Positions 59,564 to 64,000 of a stretch of DNA of 64,000 nucleotides are shown in pieces. The number at the start of each line of letters is the position of its first letter. Position 1 is the stretch's first letter. The notes under the pieces are model-generated. The model was not told the DNA's origin. It saw only the letters and a program-made list of their open reading frames with translations, and ran no database searches. Made by a program: the position numbers and the translations under genes. The DNA comes from an uncultured Acidobacteriaceae bacterium (GTDB lineage: Bacteria; Acidobacteriota; Terriglobia; Terriglobales; Acidobacteriaceae): the NCBI GenBank assembly GCA_963836675.1, contig CAWIKQ010000005.1, positions 177,492 to 241,491 on the forward strand, given 5' to 3'.

Positions 59564-61750
59564 TCAGGCCGGTTTCAAGCGGCGCTTTGGGTCTTTAGTT
59601 CGATGCATCCCTTCGAAAAACGCTTCGAACTTTGAAAACGGAAGGGCAGGGCTGAAGTAATAGCCCTGATACGATCGATCTTGAGCTGATCGAGGGGAAG
59701 TCGCTTCAGTTGCGACAGAGATGAATATCCGGTACCGAAGTCGTCCATCGAGAATCCGATACCATGCGCCTTGAGCGCTGACATCTTGGCAATCACGTCG
59801 TCTACTCTATCCATCATGAAACTCTCCGTGATTTCCAGTTTGAGCTTGTTCGGGTCAGCTCCCGAAATGCGAAGCGTTTTCTCAACAACCTAGACAAATC
59901 GCGAATCGAAGAACTGCCGCATGCTGACATTAACGGCCATTGTGAGATCGCCCATTCGGGGCTGCCGAGCCCATGCCGCAAGTTGCAAGCATGCAGTATC
60001 CAGAACCCAATAGCCCAGTTCGACGATCAAGCCATCGGCTTCGGCTAGAGGGATGAACTCATTTGGAGGAACCATGCCGCGCATTGGGTGTCGCCAGCGC
60101 AATAGTGCCTCGCAGCCCACCACCCGCCGATCACTGGTCATCTGTGGCTGATAATGCAGCTCAAGCTCACCGTTTGTCAGCGCCTTCTTCAAATCCGTCA
60201 AGAGCGCGACGCGGGATGCCGCGGATGACTCCATTGTAGGGTCAAAAAGGCATAATCTATTTCTACCTTGAGCTTTCGCCCGATACATGGCAAGATCCGC
60301 CCGCTTTAGCAAATCATCCACCGTTTCCGATCTTCCGTGGAAGAGCGTTGCACCGACACTCGCCGTGCCTTCATATTCCTGGTGCTGCAAGAAATAAGGC
60401 TGCCGGAGGGCACGCACGATGCTCTCTCCGATGGATTTGGCTTCGCCAGTAGCCGTCTCGGGATCTCTGCTCAGATTCAGCAACATCACAACAAATTCGT
60501 CCCCCCCCGAGCCGGGCCGCCGTATCGGATGAACGAATACTGGACTTAAGGCGCGTTGCGACCTCCTGAAGCAGGCAATCGCCGACGTCATGCCCCGAGG
60601 TATCGTTCAGAGTCTTGAAATCGTCCAGGTCGATGAGCAGTAGCGCCCCAAAATTCTGCAGGGCATTCGTAGCGAGGAGCGCTTTCTCAAGCCGCTCTCT
60701 CAAGAGCGCGCGGTTGGGCAGGCCGGTGAGAACGTCATGGAAGGCGAGATTGTGGATTCTGGCCTCTGCCCCTTTCCGTTCTGTGATGTCGGTATTGATG
60801 ACGAGAATGGAATGTGGAGGCTGATCGCCAGTCCGCACCAATGTGCAATGGCTCTCTACAATCAGATCACTGCCATCCTTATGCTTCTTTGAGAGTTCGC
60901 CGACCCACTCGCTGTGCTGGGCGACGGATGAAAAAGCGTGCCGCATTTCTTGAGCCGACGCCTGAAATACATCCCCCGCATGCAGACCCATCACTTCCGC
61001 CCCGGTCCAACCGAAGAGGCGCTCCGCCCCTTGATTCCAGTAGAGGATGCGGCTCTCCATGTCCTGAACAAAGATCGCATCTTGAGCTTTGTCGAGAAGT
61101 TCGGACTGCTCACGCAGCTTATTATGCGCGGCCTCCATAACCTTTGTTTGAATCCTGAGAGATTTTGCAGTCTCCCGCTCGACAATGTACGCCTCACGGT
61201 ATTGAGTCACGGCCTCTAACATGAGGCCAAAGCAGAGATAGCTGATACAAAAAGCCACAAGAGTGTAAACCGCGCCGATGGGGAAAAATGCCAAAACTCT
61301 TGAAAAAAGGCAGCCTAAGAGAATCAGCGGTGCGAGCAGTATGAGTTTGGCGAGAAACCGCCCCACAGAGGGAACGTTAACTAGTTTGTTGAAGACAACC
61401 AGGGTGAAACACCATACGAGATACACATACAGATTTTCGTGATTTCCGTCGCGCAAGAGTGAACAAACAATGCCGGAGCAAAGATAGAGCGTGTAAAAAA
61501 CCGTTGTTACACTGGCAAACTTCTGTACCGAAAGCTGCCTGTGAGCCAGCAGCTCAACCAGCGACACGAGCCCAAAGACACCGCCGGTGATTACAATAGC
61601 TGCTTCCCCTCCGCTCACTTGTCCCTTCATGATTGCCGAGAGGCCGAGTGCTGACCCTAAAAAACTAAGGACAGACGCTATCAGGAGAGCTCTGCGAGCC
61701 TGGGAACTCGAGGATAAATCGACATTGTGTGTCGCCTTCATGCTGGTCAT
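59564..61750 (-). pseudogene. membrane PAS-GGDEF-EAL protein carrying three lesions (frameshift, in-frame TAG, internal deletion)
   Basis: N-terminal TM region, then PAS (ILYWNQGAERLFGW), then GGDEF interrupted at a C8 run (60501-60508): RLGG|GDEFVVML. The EAL domain has a TAG at 59890-59892 (SRFV*VVEKTL...EITES). After LKIDR it jumps straight to QGYYFSPALP in another frame. Confidence 0.8.
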
Positions 61751-62020
61751 ATCTATAGTCGTTCTGAATCTATGGTCTCTTCAAATGGATGCGAACTTCG
61801 AGATTGTCTTGTTCGAGATGCTCCCAAGATCTCGCAATCGCTCTGGCACAGAGCATTCTTCGCATGCAAGAAGTCTTACGGTTGATATCGGAGAAAATGG
61901 TGGCTTCTATAGCTGAAGAAAGCCTGGAAGACCGTGCCGGATTGCAGATGCTCAGCTTCTGTACTGTTTTAGACAGCGCTTGCTAATCGGCGCGTTGCGG
62001 GCGTTATGGCAAACCCGAAG

Positions 62021-62064
62021 CGGAGCACATAGCCGTCTAGTCGACTATTCAGCGATGTGCTCCG
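62021..62064. other. 10-bp perfect inverted repeat upstream of the 62144 ORF
   Basis: cggagcacat (62021-62030) and atgtgctccg (62055-62064), separated by 24 nt that contain gtcgac. Confidence 0.5.
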
Positions 62065-62143
62065 CGTTTCCGGCGCCAATTCAACAGATCCACCTCAGTG
62101 ACGATAACTAGATAGAGATGAATCAGGGGCCGCCTAGCAGCAC

Positions 62144-63922
62144 ATGCGCGGTTCTCCTTCAGGACTGAGGCTGAATCAACTGATGTTTTCTACCGCAAAC
62201 GAATATGGCCGGGGGAGCGCCCGCGACGTGCGCGAAGGGATTGACCGTGCTCGAGCTCTCCTCGAAACGGCTCTAATCACCAGCTGCGAGGACACCCGTG
62301 CCCTAGCCGCGCAATTTGAGAGGCTGGCCGAGGAGGTTCAAAGCGTTCTTGGCTTTACCTCTGAAATCGTCGACTGCATTCAGCAGGATTGGGTGATGTC
62401 AATTGCGCCCATGACGCGCGCTCTGGCCTCGTCCGCGCGGCGCTTCATAGAGCAGCGCATTGACTCGCTTGCAGTCATTAGCGACGGGTTCACCAGCGAA
62501 GCCGGGATGCTGGACAAACTATCGTCTCTGACCAAAGAGCAGCGCTCCATCGCACGCGAAGGATGGGCACTGCGCGTTTTGGCCAGCATTGAGGGGGCCC
62601 GGCTTCTAGGAGCAGGAAGCCGCTTTGAATACATGGCGCACGAACTGGACGAATTCTCCGAGATGGTCCTATTCGGCGCGGCGGAAGTGCAGACGGAGAC
62701 CGAGCGGCGCCGCGCGACCCTTACTGAGCGCCGTAGCAGTCTCAATCTAGCCCTTCAGCGCAGAACAGAGCACTTTAATATCATCGAGGCGCAATTGAGT
62801 GACTCGATTGCCACGATGGATACTGCGCTGGTCGACTTCGCTCGCATTACCACCGATTTTCAGCAATGTATCGCTCTCATCTCCTGCAACATTGCCAAGG
62901 TGGTCGAAGCGATTCAAATGCAGGACATCACCCGACAGCAGACCGAGCATGTTCGGGATATGCTGATCCGCACATCCAGCGAGTTAGAGACCCGCGACGC
63001 ACGCCGTCACGAAGCCAGACTCAACGCGATTCTGAAAGTACAGGCATTCCAGGTCCGCAACGCCTGCCGAAGCACTAAAGAATGGATCAATCAGGTACAC
63101 CAATGCCTAGAGAGCATCTTGCATGTTGGATCTTCCGACGTGTTGGCCGTTGGCACGAAGATTCTCGAGCAGGAGCGCGCGCTCTCGTCGCAACTAGTGA
63201 ATTTCGAGCGCCTCGAGCAGGAGTGCGCGGCTGATGACATGGAAATTGAAGTCAGTCGGGCTGGTATTGGCGAACTCATGCGAATTACCAAGGACTATCT
63301 TGCCCGCTCCGAGCTAGTCCGTGACCGGATGCACCTATTGAACCTTAACTCCATGATTGAGGCCTGCCACCTCGGCGATGCCGCGGCAGTGCTTGAAATC
63401 ACTCGGAACATCGGCCATATCTCGATCGGCTGGTCCGCCTTAACCGATCGCTCCGGCGAAACGCTCGAAGCCATGCTCAGTTCCGCAGCCAGCGCCGAAG
63501 AATCCCATCGGACCAAGACCAGGCTGAGCAGGGAAGACCTCGGAAATGCACGTCATGAAAGCAATGCGGGGTTTGTGGCGCTTTCCAAGGCCGCCGCCAT
63601 CGCGGATTGCAACGGAGGCAGAGTCAAAACGGCAATTACCGCAATGCATGATGAAAGCACTATTCTCGGTAGCACTGCAGCACGACTCGCGCGTTCCATC
63701 GCCATTATGGAAGAGGCGCAGAATGAGCTTCAGAAAGCAGAAGAGGTCTCCGCTAATAATGAGGTACATCTAACCGATGAAGATCGCCTGCAGATCGAAA
63801 AAGAATGCGCGGTCATGTATAGCAGCGAACTGGAACGCCGTATCTTGCGCGCAGCACTGTATGGAGAGAAGATGCCGGCGTATAGGGCAGTTGTGGAGAA
63901 AAATGGCGTTGAATTATTTTAA
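62144..63922 (+). CDS. soluble all-helical protein with two degenerate MCP-signalling-like motifs (function unknown)
   Basis: No TM segment. LRVLASIEGARLLGAGSRFEYMAHELDEFSE and LLNLNSMIEACHLGDAAAVLEITRNIGHIS both resemble LALNAAIEAARAGE.GRGFAVVA.EVR.LA. IQMQDITRQQTEHVRD resembles MCP EMDRVTQQNAALVEE. An alternative start is at 62183. Confidence 0.6.
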   Translation: MRGSPSGLRLNQLMFSTANEYGRGSARDVREGIDRARALLETALITSCEDTRALAAQFERLAEEVQSVLGFTSEIVDCIQQDWVMSIAPMTRALASSARRFIEQRIDSLAVISDGFTSEAGMLDKLSSLTKEQRSIAREGWALRVLASIEGARLLGAGSRFEYMAHELDEFSEMVLFGAAEVQTETERRRATLTERRSSLNLALQRRTEHFNIIEAQLSDSIATMDTALVDFARITTDFQQCIALISCNIAKVVEAIQMQDITRQQTEHVRDMLIRTSSELETRDARRHEARLNAILKVQAFQVRNACRSTKEWINQVHQCLESILHVGSSDVLAVGTKILEQERALSSQLVNFERLEQECAADDMEIEVSRAGIGELMRITKDYLARSELVRDRMHLLNLNSMIEACHLGDAAAVLEITRNIGHISIGWSALTDRSGETLEAMLSSAASAEESHRTKTRLSREDLGNARHESNAGFVALSKAAAIADCNGGRVKTAITAMHDESTILGSTAARLARSIAIMEEAQNELQKAEEVSANNEVHLTDEDRLQIEKECAVMYSSELERRILRAALYGEKMPAYRAVVEKNGVELF

Positions 63923-63973
63923 CTTCGCGCCGATTCACCATCCATTCGGTGGGCGAAGGAAAGTAGGCTTCTT

Positions 63974-64000
63974 ATGAAGAGAATCTTGAGCGTGGATGAC
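63974..64000 (+). CDS. possible response-regulator receiver gene, first 9 codons only (runs off the window)
   Basis: AAGGAAAG then ATG gives MKRILSVDD, the classic receiver-domain start. Too short to be sure. Confidence 0.4.

Noticed and set aside
59203-59598. 131-codon plus-strand ORF between the NHL gene and the EAL remnant
   Set aside because: It is Arg/Ser-rich with no Shine-Dalgarno sequence and no recognisable motif. It overlaps the 3' end of the decayed EAL reading frame and is likely non-coding.
63905-63922. C-terminal ...NGVELF as a CheR/CheB-docking pentapeptide (NWETF-like)
   Set aside because: It lacks the Trp and shares only the final Phe. The similarity is too weak to claim.

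Overview
The window looks like chromosomal DNA from an Acidobacteriota (Terriglobia-like) genome, roughly 58% GC by eye. This is an inference from gene content: two ADOP-type duplicated FtsX permeases (one with a PadR partner), two ECF sigma/anti-sigma modules, and NHL and DUF3857 proteins. No database search was possible, so all calls rest on motif recognition in the six-frame track and on my own translation of the DNA.

Most of the window is ordinary housekeeping sequence:
- A conserved minus-strand block: ispE, tRNA-Gln, prs, rplY(ctc), pth, rpsF, rpsR, rplI.
- Other core genes: gluQ, PBP4, folP, ku, miaA, lpdA, tdh, thrS, tspO, cysK-cysE, alr and a Y-family polymerase.
- Many secreted or membrane hypotheticals.

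Three things stand out:
1. **Gene disruptions.** At least nine conserved genes are broken by what look like single extra bases, all shifting the frame in the same +1 direction. Two other genes carry in-frame stop codons, and one EAL domain has an internal deletion. I cannot tell sequencing artefact from real decay using sequence alone.
2. **Accessory-looking region.** An initiator-type tRNA-Met at 55996..56072 marks the start of a more AT-rich region. It holds an orphan ORF, an NHL/Ig surface protein, a triply damaged PAS-GGDEF-EAL gene, and an unusual soluble protein with two degenerate MCP-signalling-like motifs followed by a response-regulator start at the window edge.
3. **tRNA oddity.** That initiator tRNA appears to have U1:A72 instead of the usual C1xA72 mismatch.

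I saw no CRISPR array, transposase, integrase or recognisable defence system.
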